DNA of 64,000 bases from a virus (lineage: Duplodnaviria; Heunggongvirae; Uroviricota; Caudoviricetes), in the IMG/VR virus record IMGVR_UViG_3300042348_001285; one strand, written 5' to 3'. This document shows positions 37,373 through 46,723 of this stretch, in pieces. A program made the position numbers and the translations under genes. Each line of letters starts with the position of its first letter. Position 1 is the stretch's first letter. The notes beneath the pieces were generated by a model. The model saw only the letters and a program-made list of their open reading frames with translations, was not told the origin of the DNA and searched no databases.

Positions 37373-37795
37373 TCAGGTTGTTTCCCCCGCAATACTAGAC
37401 ATCAATTCTCTGGCTTGTGAAACAAACTCTTTCGTCTCTTCTTCGTGCCAGTAGTAGTTACCCTGCCAATCGTGAGTTTCCAGAAAAAACAACATTTCCT
37501 TGGCATTAAACCACTTGATTTTATTAACCAAGTCTTGACGAAGCTCTTCTACTTCTTCATATGAATTACAACCTTGGAGCCAATCGCAGCCGCTGCAACT
37601 TCCCCAGCCAAAAATAAGAAAGCCATAACTTTCCCCTTTCTTGAGGATGAGACGGCTATCCCCCTGATAATCACTGTCGTCTACTTGAAGAAGAATTTCG
37701 CCAAAACTCTCAAGTAGGGGTTGATAGTCACAGAAACTGAAATAATCCGATTCATTGTCTAGGGGATACAAACTTTTAACGATGGATAGTTCCAT
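37373..37795 (-). CDS. hypothetical protein (140 aa)
   Basis: Intact ORF. Confidence 0.5.
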   Translation of the reverse strand: MELSIVKSLYPLDNESDYFSFCDYQPLLESFGEILLQVDDSDYQGDSRLILKKGESYGFLIFGWGSCSGCDWLQGCNSYEEVEELRQDLVNKIKWFNAKEMLFFLETHDWQGNYYWHEEETKEFVSQARELMSSIAGETT

Positions 37796-37887
37796 AATGA
37801 ATTTTTCAAGGATAAAGATAGTATGGTCGGTTAAATGGTCGTTTGGTTGGTCAGAAGGGTTAATGGGCCAGTTGTTAAAGTGTCACG

Positions 37888-38619
37888 TCATTTCGATTGA
37901 TTCTCAAGAAAGGGCGCAATTCCTAGCCAATCGTTATGCGTTTCTGGGTAGAACACATGAAGATAACTGCTAATGTGCTCAGAAATTCTACTGGAAAAAT
38001 ACTTATCGGCTTTCACCAATTCGTAAATTTTTGCGTAGGTTTCTTGGTCGGGACGAATGATAACCCTGCTGATGCATTGATCATAATCATATTCACAGTT
38101 ATAATAAGGAATATCTTCAATCTCCAAATCTTCTTTATTAAGAACCCAAGGATGCCCTTTGAGGTACTTCAAAAGTTCGGGGAGATTGCAGTGTTTGTTA
38201 CTGAAGGGGGAGCCAATATAATCAAACCCACGCGGAAGAGTATATGGAACAGCATTTGAATCAAAAATTATATGGCCAGAACTGTAAAACCAAATAAGAT
38301 TCTTTTCAGAAATGTTACCTTCAAGAATCTCTCCATCACTCATTTCGTGGCATTCACAGTCCCAAAATGGATTATTAGTTTTAATGCGTTCAAAGAATGA
38401 GTCCTTAACAAATGTAGGTCGGCACCCCTTAAGAACTTTCAGGTTCCTATCTTTGACCGCATTGATAACTTCAACTACTGCGGAAGTCTTACCTGATGGC
38501 TCCACCGTGGAAGTCGTCACTTGAAGATAGGCAAGACTCTTATCCACACCGGGAATAATGTAAGATGCAATCTCCGTAAATGTTGTGTGACGAGTGATTT
38601 CAATTGATGAAAGTTTCAT
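37888..38619 (-). CDS. hypothetical protein (243 aa); the track ORF 37888..38994 is over-extended
   Basis: The upstream part of the track ORF overlaps gene 38672..39052 in another frame. The likely start is MKLSSIEI at 38619. Confidence 0.45.
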   Translation of the reverse strand: MKLSSIEITRHTTFTEIASYIIPGVDKSLAYLQVTTSTVEPSGKTSAVVEVINAVKDRNLKVLKGCRPTFVKDSFFERIKTNNPFWDCECHEMSDGEILEGNISEKNLIWFYSSGHIIFDSNAVPYTLPRGFDYIGSPFSNKHCNLPELLKYLKGHPWVLNKEDLEIEDIPYYNCEYDYDQCISRVIIRPDQETYAKIYELVKADKYFSSRISEHISSYLHVFYPETHNDWLGIAPFLENQSK

Positions 38620-38671
38620 GGTTGGTTTTGCGAGTTTGGCAGATTTTGCGAGGCCGTCCGAGTACAGCAAC

Positions 38672-39052
38672 TTACTTGATAAGCTCAACAAGGTCTGAAA
38701 ACTTACTATAAATTTCACTAAATCCGTAAGCGTGGCCATCAGCATAGGCAATCGAATAGCAGAGTCCCTTTTTGGGATTATCAGTGACGCCAAATTCTTC
38801 AAAAAGGTCTTGAATAAATTCATTTTCCTTTTTGGCCATGGCACCTCTATGCGCCCCAACCCTTTCCCCATAAGCCTCTTTATCAAAATGACTTTCAATA
38901 AGCGCATCGGGATACTGTTTCCGAACTTCGGCCAAATTCTCTCCCCTACCTTGCCATAAAATTTCACCTTTGCTATACACATAGATGGTGACATATTCAG
39001 ATTTTACCGGGTAAGGAATGTCAGCGGTTCCGTAATAATCAAAGGGTTTCAT
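38672..39052 (-). CDS. hypothetical protein (126 aa)
   Basis: Promoter at 39120-39140. Confidence 0.5.
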   Translation of the reverse strand: MKPFDYYGTADIPYPVKSEYVTIYVYSKGEILWQGRGENLAEVRKQYPDALIESHFDKEAYGERVGAHRGAMAKKENEFIQDLFEEFGVTDNPKKGLCYSIAYADGHAYGFSEIYSKFSDLVELIK

Positions 39053-39183
39053 TTTGGTTTTGGGGTTGGTTGCGGATGGGGTTGGTTTGAAGAAAGTCGG
39101 GGTTGGTGGCAGTTTGGCTTAACCCCACTATAACATGGTGCCAGGTCGTGAACCCGTGCAACCACGTAACCCTATGATTGGTG

Positions 39184-39408
39184 TCAATCTGACCTAAGAC
39201 CATTATAGCACGGTGCCAGAGCAGGGGCAATCCCTTCCCCCACTACATCTAACAACATATCCCTAAGACGGCTCATTTCTTCACGATCACCAGCCATCAA
39301 CCACCCATAGCAAACATAATTCTTACTATATTCCTCATCCAAAATTGTGAACAGAACTTTAGCCGTCCTCTCTGGGAGGACAATTGTAACACCTTTAGAA
39401 ACTTCCAT
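39184..39408 (-). CDS. hypothetical protein (74 aa); 3' end overlaps the next promoter
   Basis: The C-terminal '..APCYNGLRSD' is a translation of a promoter cassette. Confidence 0.4.
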   Translation of the reverse strand: MEVSKGVTIVLPERTAKVLFTILDEEYSKNYVCYGWLMAGDREEMSRLRDMLLDVVGEGIAPALAPCYNGLRSD

Positions 39409-39499
39409 GAACCCTCCGGGGTTGTGATTTGAGGTTGAACAGGCACACACTATAGCACAATGCTAAGGCCCTGTCAATGCGGTCGGGTGTTGTTGGCTG

Positions 39500-39795
39500 T
39501 GTGGGGTTGGTGAGTATTTATACCTAGTGCTTGGCTAGGATGAGAGCCACTAGAAGTCGTTGACTCCTATAAGTTGGTGAGTATTTATACCTAGTGCTGA
39601 TTAGGTTAGGGGCCGTCTAGTGTTGTTGACTCCTGGGGCCCGTAAGTATTTATACTTAGTGCTGGTTAGGTTAGGGGCCGTTTTGTGTCGTTGACTCCTG
39701 AGGGGTCCGTAAGTATTTATACTCACTGCCGGCTAAGTCGGAGTCCCCCCGGTGTCGTTGGCTCCACACAAGTCAGTAAGTATTTATACTCACTG
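39500..39795. repeat. tandem array of about 65 bp, five units, each carrying AAGTATTTATAC (TATAAATA on the minus strand)
   Basis: Units begin at about 39512, 39578, 39642, 39708 and 39772. The inter-unit segments are mutually similar, so this is not CRISPR. Confidence 0.85.
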
Positions 39796-39815
39796 TTTTA
39801 AAACAAAAATCCCAC

Positions 39816-39885
39816 AATTTTCGGAGGGGGCGTTAGCCCCCGACTGGTTCGGGCGCCGTAGGCGGTATCCCGAACCCAATCCCAA
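39816..39885. repeat. 71-bp GC-rich structured element, copy 2
   Basis: Near-identical to 17810..17880. Confidence 0.75.
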
Positions 39886-39927
39886 GGCAATCAACCCTCA
39901 GGCAACTAACCCATCGATCACCAACCC

Positions 39928-39990
39928 ATCGGCAACCATCGGCAACCATCGGCAACCATCGGCAACCATCGGCAACCATCGGCAACCACC
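39928..39990. repeat. microsatellite (ggcaaccatc)x6
   Basis: Direct tandem reading. It sits directly after the structured element, as the microsatellite does at copy 1. Confidence 0.85.
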
Positions 39991-39995
39991 AACAA

Positions 39996-41381
39996 TCACA
40001 AAACCTCAGGTAAAACATAGCCTTTAATCTTCGCAACCCGCTTATTCAAAATAGCCCAATCATCCAAATCCTTAAACCTAAAGTGAGCAGACCCCTTCAG
40101 GAATACCTTAAACTCAAAGAATCCCCAATCTTGCCATACCCCTGGTTCCAATCGGTCTTTGCCACAAACAGGGTCCTTAACGGCATCATAATCTTTGCCA
40201 GTCAAAGTAGATAGGACCTTAATTAGATCCGCCACCTTATGGTAATTAGACTGATAAGATTTAACAGATACAGTGCCCCCACTCCAATCTTTCTCCGCAA
40301 AGTACGGCAAAATAAACTTCTTACCGAATAAATACTGCTCATTGGTTTTCCACCCTTCTACACCATGCCTATTATCGTGATAATGCTTAGTGAAAGCATC
40401 GAAAACTTGCTCTACAGTCCTATCTAATCGCTGATCCTGAGTTGCAATAACGATCTCTAACATCCTGTAGATATTCCGCATTGTAAACGGAACCCTACTT
40501 TGTTGCTCTACAAACCTGTTAATATCTTTAAGCAATTCCGTAGTTGCTAATTTCTCCATTCCCATCTTACTAAATACAAATTCCCACGCTGATCTTTGCA
40601 GGTCTATTTGAAAGTCATTCCTTGCTTTTGCCTGGCCATTTTCCGTACAGACAAATGCGATATTTGATTTGTAAAATCCTTTCAGAACCCTATTTATACC
40701 AACTGCAGACTCAATTTGTTTGTCATAAATCCTGCAGGCTTCCACGTATCGGTTGACAATATCCCTAACGAAATTGTAAGGAATAAGCCCCTCCCCTTCA
40801 GCTTCAATTGCATCGGGACCCATAAAGAACCCATTAAACTCATCATCAGAATCCGGGGCAGGCTTCCTTAGGGTAACTAATCCTATTGCCACATCCGTAG
40901 AACGCTCCGCACCCTTAAAGACCTCACCCAAGTTCTCAACATACCCGTAGTTCCTAATTAGGGACCCCAATTGCCTACGAGCCAAGGAATATTCATTCCG
41001 CACAGTCTCCCAATTACATAAAGACACAATTTGACACCCTGGTGGTGCAATCTCGAAGGCATAGTTAATATGTTTTTCGTCCCCACTGAAAGGGGGATTC
41101 ATTATGATGAAGTCCACATGGCTTATTGCTTCCGGTTTGATATCTAGGAAGTCGGTGCCAATTAGTTTACATTGTTTTGTTGTCAGGATTGCCCTGAGGT
41201 TATCATCAATTTCACACGCCAGAACTTCACTAGCCCCATATTGCAAACAACCTTCTACCAAATTGCCAGAACCTGCGGATGGCTCCAGAATGACTTTATC
41301 AGCCAAATCGAATGGCCCCAGCATTGCGCCTATAACTTGGTCGGGAGTCGGATAATAGTCCTTGTTGTTATAGGATGGCAT
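39996..41381 (-). CDS. DNA methyltransferase domain protein (gamma-class N6-adenine/N4-cytosine type) with an about 300-aa C-terminal extension
   Basis: Motif I 'ILEPSAGSGNL' precedes motif IV 'IIMNPPF'. There is an N-terminal 'YYPTP'. I see no cognate restriction enzyme. Confidence 0.6.
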   Translation of the reverse strand: MPSYNNKDYYPTPDQVIGAMLGPFDLADKVILEPSAGSGNLVEGCLQYGASEVLACEIDDNLRAILTTKQCKLIGTDFLDIKPEAISHVDFIIMNPPFSGDEKHINYAFEIAPPGCQIVSLCNWETVRNEYSLARRQLGSLIRNYGYVENLGEVFKGAERSTDVAIGLVTLRKPAPDSDDEFNGFFMGPDAIEAEGEGLIPYNFVRDIVNRYVEACRIYDKQIESAVGINRVLKGFYKSNIAFVCTENGQAKARNDFQIDLQRSAWEFVFSKMGMEKLATTELLKDINRFVEQQSRVPFTMRNIYRMLEIVIATQDQRLDRTVEQVFDAFTKHYHDNRHGVEGWKTNEQYLFGKKFILPYFAEKDWSGGTVSVKSYQSNYHKVADLIKVLSTLTGKDYDAVKDPVCGKDRLEPGVWQDWGFFEFKVFLKGSAHFRFKDLDDWAILNKRVAKIKGYVLPEVL

Positions 41382-41528
41382 TAGGTTTCGGGGTGGTTGG
41401 TAGCGGGGGGTACGGTGGAAAAGGCAGGGTGCCGGTTAGTTGCGGTGGGAATGATTGATAACGACGATGGCCACAAGCGGTCAGACCCCAATTCCTAGCC
41501 TAAACCAAACAGCAATATTAAAGCAAGG

Positions 41529-42302
41529 TCAAACCCAATCCTCAGCCTCTTTACGAGTCATAAAGAAATGAATACCATTAGTACACTCAATCCGAATATC
41601 GTCATCATAGCTATCTGCAACCACAATCTCGCCTTCCTTGTATTCAAGGGCATTCTGAGTATGGGTAGGGGAGTTGCCGGACCCTTCCAAGACTAGGACA
41701 TAAGATGCTCGGCACTTCCTACCCACCAATGTAGAAGTTCTCTTGGCATCTTCCGGGATCAGGATTTTGATAACCCCTGTATCAACTTTTTTGAACGCAA
41801 TAAATGACCCCTCCTCTGGGACTATTTGAAAGGGGGGAAGAGTTGCACCCTGGAGATTAGCACCCCAGAGATTAGCACCCCGGAGAATTGCACCCTGGAG
41901 ATTAGCACCCCGGAGATTAGCATCCTGGAGATTAGCATCCTGGAGATTAGCACCCCGGAGATCAGCATCCTGGAGATTAGCATCCTGGAGATCAGAATCC
42001 TGGAGATTAGCACCCCGGAGATCAGCACCCCGGAGAATAGCACCCCGGAGATTAGCATCCTGGAGATTAGCATCCTGGAGATTAGCACCCCAGAGATTAG
42101 CATCCTGGAGATTAGCACCCCAGAGATTAGCATCCTGGAGATTAGCACCCCAGAGATTAGCATCCTGGAGATTAGCATCCTGGAGATCAGAAAACGGCCC
42201 AATAACGTACTCAGACCCGTTGATTAGCATTGTTTTGGAAGACATTGTTTTTGGAAAATGGGTATTGGTGGTGGGTTGATTGGGAGCGGTTTGCCGTGGC
42301 AT
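41529..42302 (-). CDS. pentapeptide-repeat protein
   Basis: About 35 consecutive A(N/D)L(Q/R/W)(D/G) pentapeptides. The underlying DNA is a 15/30-bp tandem repeat. The start could instead be at 42245. Confidence 0.85.
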   Translation of the reverse strand: MPRQTAPNQPTTNTHFPKTMSSKTMLINGSEYVIGPFSDLQDANLQDANLWGANLQDANLWGANLQDANLWGANLQDANLQDANLRGAILRGADLRGANLQDSDLQDANLQDADLRGANLQDANLQDANLRGANLQGAILRGANLWGANLQGATLPPFQIVPEEGSFIAFKKVDTGVIKILIPEDAKRTSTLVGRKCRASYVLVLEGSGNSPTHTQNALEYKEGEIVVADSYDDDIRIECTNGIHFFMTRKEAEDWV

Positions 42303-42345
42303 CGGGCCCCACTATCTCACTATAGCATGGTGCCGGGGCAGTGTC
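42303..42345 (-). promoter_or_regulatory. representative second-half promoter TTGACA-N17-TATAGT
   Basis: Reverse complement reads 'GTTGACACTGCCCCGGCACCATGCTATAGTGAGATAG'. This family 'gtcaacc...agcatgg' recurs before most genes from 30 to 62 kb. Confidence 0.65.
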
Positions 42346-42421
42346 AACCCCCATAGCTTCAACCCCTAGGTCAGATAAGTATAAATACCTACCCACCCAA
42401 ACAGTATAAGCACTAAGGCCA

Positions 42422-42856
42422 TCAGTCTATCCTAACAACAATAACCGCACTCTCCAGCAAGGTACCATCTGGCAACCTGCAAACTACAGAGCTAGTATAA
42501 GCCTTGCGCTTGCGATTACCAATCGAAACCACACCTTCCAGCCGATGCCCAGTAGGAAAACAACCCTGCAATTGCCTTTCCCCATACAACGTATAAGACT
42601 CAATGAGTCCACCCTCGCTATGGCAAATCGAAACCGCCGGAGCTTTGAATCCGATAATAGTATCATGGACTCCAACCTTATGACAAATACCCCGACAATC
42701 TTCAAGATTCGGCGAAATGTATTGTTGCCATTGCCCTACAGTTAGAGCCAAGGCGTTTTCTTTCCAGTGGGCTGTAATCGGCGGTTCCCGCTTTTGTGAC
42801 TTTGGGGGTTTTGTGGTTTTTGTGGTCTTGGGGGTGCGAAGGCTAAATGTTTGCAT
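42422..42856 (-). CDS. hypothetical protein (144 aa)
   Basis: Met follows the tandem promoters at 42880-42960. Confidence 0.45.
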   Translation of the reverse strand: MQTFSLRTPKTTKTTKPPKSQKREPPITAHWKENALALTVGQWQQYISPNLEDCRGICHKVGVHDTIIGFKAPAVSICHSEGGLIESYTLYGERQLQGCFPTGHRLEGVVSIGNRKRKAYTSSVVCRLPDGTLLESAVIVVRID

Positions 42857-43009
42857 GGGTGCAGTTTGGTTGCTGTTTGGTTGTGTACCTACCCTAGCAT
42901 GATGCCGTGGCAGTGTCAACCCCCATAGCTTCAACCAAACAGCAAGCATGGGGCCGTGGTATCGTCAACCCCCCCCCGGGTTAAGTAAGTATTTATATTC
43001 AGGCCCCTC

Positions 43010-43693
43010 CTAATCAACCCCCAAAATACCCAAATTCCTTATATCCTGTGGAGTCAACCCCACGGACTTCCTGACCCTGATGTGAACAGTCTCAAACCCC
43101 CTCTTACCTTCTACAATGTGCCGCACTTTATCGGACGGGTCATTATAGAGAACTTCTAAAATTCTATCCGAAACATCCTTACGCCTAGCAATCTCAATAC
43201 GAACTCTCTCTTCACTATCTTTATATAACGCTTCAATGAGCCCCAAAGGGAGATTCGGCTTCTTAGCAACATGAAACCTAACCATTTCATAGCCATACAG
43301 AGCCAACTTCCATAAAATAAAATCAGGAAGATCTGACTTCAGAGCAAGTTCCATTTGAATATGATTGTTGTGCCCTAATTTATCAAAAACAGCAAAATAC
43401 CATTTCTTAGCGTCTCCCCTTTTAAGGATGGCCATTGCGAACTTGAATGCCTTTTTATGGTTAAATGCCTGCTTAATTACATCCTCCGTTAATTCCCTTG
43501 GTGATTTAATAGCCGAAAGAATACGACCCTCAGAGAGTACATTAGGGTCATAGGCACATTTCTGATAACTAAACGTAACCAATTCCTTATCACTCAACCC
43601 ATCCAAAACGCTAATTAACTTATCAGCCTCTTCCTCACTCATTAGGTCGGAATACTCTGAACCCTCATACCAGATGCGAAAAAGTTTGTCCAT
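43010..43693 (-). CDS. hypothetical protein (227 aa)
   Basis: Intact ORF behind tandem promoters at 43720-43800. Confidence 0.55.
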   Translation of the reverse strand: MDKLFRIWYEGSEYSDLMSEEEADKLISVLDGLSDKELVTFSYQKCAYDPNVLSEGRILSAIKSPRELTEDVIKQAFNHKKAFKFAMAILKRGDAKKWYFAVFDKLGHNNHIQMELALKSDLPDFILWKLALYGYEMVRFHVAKKPNLPLGLIEALYKDSEERVRIEIARRKDVSDRILEVLYNDPSDKVRHIVEGKRGFETVHIRVRKSVGLTPQDIRNLGILGVD

Positions 43694-43847
43694 GTTGGTT
43701 GGTTGCTGTTTGGTTGTGGTCCTACCCTAGCATAATGCCGGGGTAGTGTCAACCCCTTGTAGCTTTAACCAAATGGCAAGCATGATGCCGTGGCAGTGTC
43801 AACCCGCCATAATTGCTAACTACTGCGGGTCAAATAAGTATAAATAC

Positions 43848-45290
43848 TTACCCCGAAACCCTGCCATCACTAATCATTATGCCTTCACTTACCAATAACT
43901 CCCGAATCCTATCTGCTTCCTTAAAATCACGATTAGCCCTTGCGATGTTGCGCATTTCAATTAGTGCCTGAATTTCATCACTTTTTGGTTTTTGAGGCTC
44001 GGAAACCTCGTGAACCAGCCCCAAAATCCCAGCTAATTCATGTAAAAGCCCCCAACGATTTAGAATTTCCCTATTTTCATCGCCTGCCGATACAATGGGA
44101 CGAGCCAAATAGAATAATTCGCTGATGGCTACAGACGTATTAAGATCATCATTGATTGCCGAAATGAAGCGGTCTCGGCTATTTTTTAAGTCTGTAGTTA
44201 AAATCAAGGGTTCATTCGTTTGCTGACTAATCCCGTGCCGACTAATTCCATGCTGACTAATTCCATTCCGGCTAGCCCCATGCCAACTATACCCATGCCG
44301 ACTATCACCCCGCCAACCAAACCCCAATGCAGCATTTAATACTTTCCAACCATTGATCGCGGGTATCATTGCCTCTGAATTAAAATCTATCGGCTTCCTG
44401 TAATGGGCTTGTAATACGAATAACCTAATGGTCATGGGACTAATGCCGGATCCAATTAGGTCCCTGATGGTTGTAAAATTCCCTAAGGATTTAGCCATTT
44501 TTTCTTCGCCAACCGTGACAAACCCGTTATGAAGCCAATACCTGGCTAGTTCAGCCCCATTGGCAGCCTCAGATTGGGCTATCTCATTTTCGTGGTGGGG
44601 AAAGATCAGATCGGCTCCACCCAAATGAATGTCAATTGTCTCACCTAGTTCTTCCCTAATCATAGCCGAACATTCAATGTGCCATCCGGGTCGGCCCCAC
44701 CCCCATGGTGACGGAAAGCCGGGTTCACTCGCCATGGCACCCTTCCAGAGGGCAAAATCAAAAGGGTGGCCCTTCTTTGAGTCGCTATTAACCTGTTGTT
44801 GGCCAAGGTTGCGACCACTTAGTTTCCCATACCCCTTAAACCCCATAACCGAGAAGTACATATCACCACCCATAGAATAAGCAAATCCCTTATCGGCAAG
44901 GTCCTGAATCATGGTGCGGATTGCATCAAGACTACGGGTAACCCTTGGCATTTTGTCGGCGGGCAGGATGTTCAATGCACCCATATCCCCCTCAAAGGCC
45001 CTGATATTACGCTCACTGACGGCTTCGATTGTTGTTCCTTCAGAGTTGGCTTTGGCTAGAATTTTATCGTCGATATCCGTATAATTCTGAACAAACGTAA
45101 CCTCATACCCATGCCACATAAAATTACGCCTTAAAACATCCCACACAATATAACTGCGGGCGTGCCCTAAGTGGCATAAATCATAAACGGTAACACCGCA
45201 ACAATACATCGACACTTTGCCTGGAACCAGCGGAGTAAACTTTTCCTTGGCTTTAGTAAGGGTGTTGGTTAGGGTAATGTCGTTAATCAT
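43848..45290 (-). CDS. cysS: cysteinyl-tRNA synthetase with an internal HGIS repeat insertion
   Basis: HIGH region '[15 protein letters not shown]' and KMSKS region 'KMAKSLGNF'. The insertion '..[27 protein letters not shown]..' is encoded by a 15-bp tandem DNA repeat at about 44215-44290. Confidence 0.85.
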   Translation of the reverse strand: MINDITLTNTLTKAKEKFTPLVPGKVSMYCCGVTVYDLCHLGHARSYIVWDVLRRNFMWHGYEVTFVQNYTDIDDKILAKANSEGTTIEAVSERNIRAFEGDMGALNILPADKMPRVTRSLDAIRTMIQDLADKGFAYSMGGDMYFSVMGFKGYGKLSGRNLGQQQVNSDSKKGHPFDFALWKGAMASEPGFPSPWGWGRPGWHIECSAMIREELGETIDIHLGGADLIFPHHENEIAQSEAANGAELARYWLHNGFVTVGEEKMAKSLGNFTTIRDLIGSGISPMTIRLFVLQAHYRKPIDFNSEAMIPAINGWKVLNAALGFGWRGDSRHGYSWHGASRNGISQHGISRHGISQQTNEPLILTTDLKNSRDRFISAINDDLNTSVAISELFYLARPIVSAGDENREILNRWGLLHELAGILGLVHEVSEPQKPKSDEIQALIEMRNIARANRDFKEADRIRELLVSEGIMISDGRVSG

Positions 45291-45423
45291 TGTATTTGCA
45301 GTGGGGGGGGCTGGGGGCTGCGTCAATTACTTATGTGTCCTTGTTAAATGGAGAAATTGCCAACTGAATCGCAAAGTGCTGCAATAAGTGCGGGCACATA
45401 TGAAATATAAATAACCCCCCTTG

Positions 45424-45843
45424 TCAATCCTTGTCAATCTCCCCTTGAGACGAAAGAATCACCAATTTTTGCAGATAAAGAATGTCATCTTCCGTGAGAG
45501 GTTCCAATCCTTCGTAGATTTTCCGCCAATAGCCCTCTCCTTGAGGGGTTTCAAACCAAGCGAAGGCATATATTAAAGATAGGAGATCACCATTCAGAAC
45601 TTCAATGATCACTTCCCGATCTAAACTCGTAGGGAAGTTAGTTTCTTTCGTTTCTTTCATATCTTTTGCCATCTCACTCTTTTCTTCGTCCTTAAGACGC
45701 TCCACTTCTTTTTGGAGATCAGCGAGTTTATGGCCAAATTTTGTGAGATCAACCATTTTCCAAGTTGGTATTGATGTAAAACATTCACCGATTAGAGTCC
45801 GAAATTCCTCAATTTTGGTTTCCAGTTGTTCGTACTTTCTCAT
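45424..45843 (-). CDS. hypothetical coiled-coil protein (139 aa)
   Basis: Intact ORF. Confidence 0.5.
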   Translation of the reverse strand: MRKYEQLETKIEEFRTLIGECFTSIPTWKMVDLTKFGHKLADLQKEVERLKDEEKSEMAKDMKETKETNFPTSLDREVIIEVLNGDLLSLIYAFAWFETPQGEGYWRKIYEGLEPLTEDDILYLQKLVILSSQGEIDKD

Positions 45844-45958
45844 GGGGGGTCGATAGTTGGGTTTGTGGTTGCTGTTTGGTTATGGGCCGATCGTAAATCC
45901 AATGTGGGCCCAATGTAGACTCAATGTGTACCCATTATAGCATGGTTCCGAAGCAAAG

Positions 45959-46648
45959 TCAATCCCTGCCTTTGGCAAGATACACCCGGTCAAAAATCAT
46001 AAACGGCAATTCACCATTTGCATTGCCAAGATTCTTCTCTACATACTCAATAATAAGGGCCTGCATTACTTTGGCGTACTCCGGGTGAGACTCCACAAAC
46101 TTGATTGCCCCTGGTGTTAATGCCGATGCAATCGTGGATAGGGCTTCGGGTTCCAAGGAATTAGCTTCTTTCGGTGTTTGTTGTGGCCCCTGTTCGGGGT
46201 CGGAGGAGTCTGGATCCGCATCCAGAATTTCAATTTCCCTAATATTACGTCCTGTAGAACAATAGTTTTCTCCATTATTGTAATAAAGCAATGTTCCCCT
46301 ACCCTCCGGGTAGAACACATACGAGTTAGTAACATATGGGCGAAGCTTCCCAGTGTAAACTTCATTATGACAAGTAGTTACTTTGACTACATTATCGACA
46401 TACTTAGAAAGGTCAATCATTGGTTGCGGTTTGGGGGTTGATAGTTGGATTTTCACAATGTCATTACCATGGGGGGTCCAGCCTTCGTAGTAACAGCCAT
46501 CTATTTTATAGGATAATCCGCCGATAGTGTAAGGATATGATTCGGGGCCATTGGCTAATAACAGGGTATTAAGAATAATTTCCCCGTCACGAAGCTCAAC
46601 ATCAACTTCTTTGCCGACAAATTGTGAGAGATTTAGTTTCAGTGTCAT
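45959..46648 (-). CDS. protein with two tandem 'FVGKxVxVxLRxG'-type beta-barrel-like domains
   Basis: 'LNLSQFVGKEVDVELRDG' and 'IDLSKYVDNVVKVTTCHN'. Paralogous to 33138..33827 and 46724..47419. Confidence 0.55.
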   Translation of the reverse strand: MTLKLNLSQFVGKEVDVELRDGEIILNTLLLANGPESYPYTIGGLSYKIDGCYYEGWTPHGNDIVKIQLSTPKPQPMIDLSKYVDNVVKVTTCHNEVYTGKLRPYVTNSYVFYPEGRGTLLYYNNGENYCSTGRNIREIEILDADPDSSDPEQGPQQTPKEANSLEPEALSTIASALTPGAIKFVESHPEYAKVMQALIIEYVEKNLGNANGELPFMIFDRVYLAKGRD

Positions 46649-46723
46649 AGTAAAAAAAAGGGGGGGATGATCTGAATGGTTGCTATTTAGCTTTAATCTG
46701 GGGTACGGTTACTGGGGGGTCCA

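Noticed and set aside
37888-38994. 368-aa ORF as a single gene with a P-loop.
   Set aside because: The upstream third overlaps gene 38672..39052 in another frame. 'EPSGKTSA' lacks the upstream Gly of a Walker A motif. I trimmed it to 37888..38619 as hypothetical.
39500-39795. Possible CRISPR array (regular ~65-bp periodicity of a conserved 22-mer).
   Set aside because: The inter-repeat 'spacers' are similar to each other, the repeat is AT-rich and promoter-like, and I see no cas genes. I classed it as a tandem duplication array.
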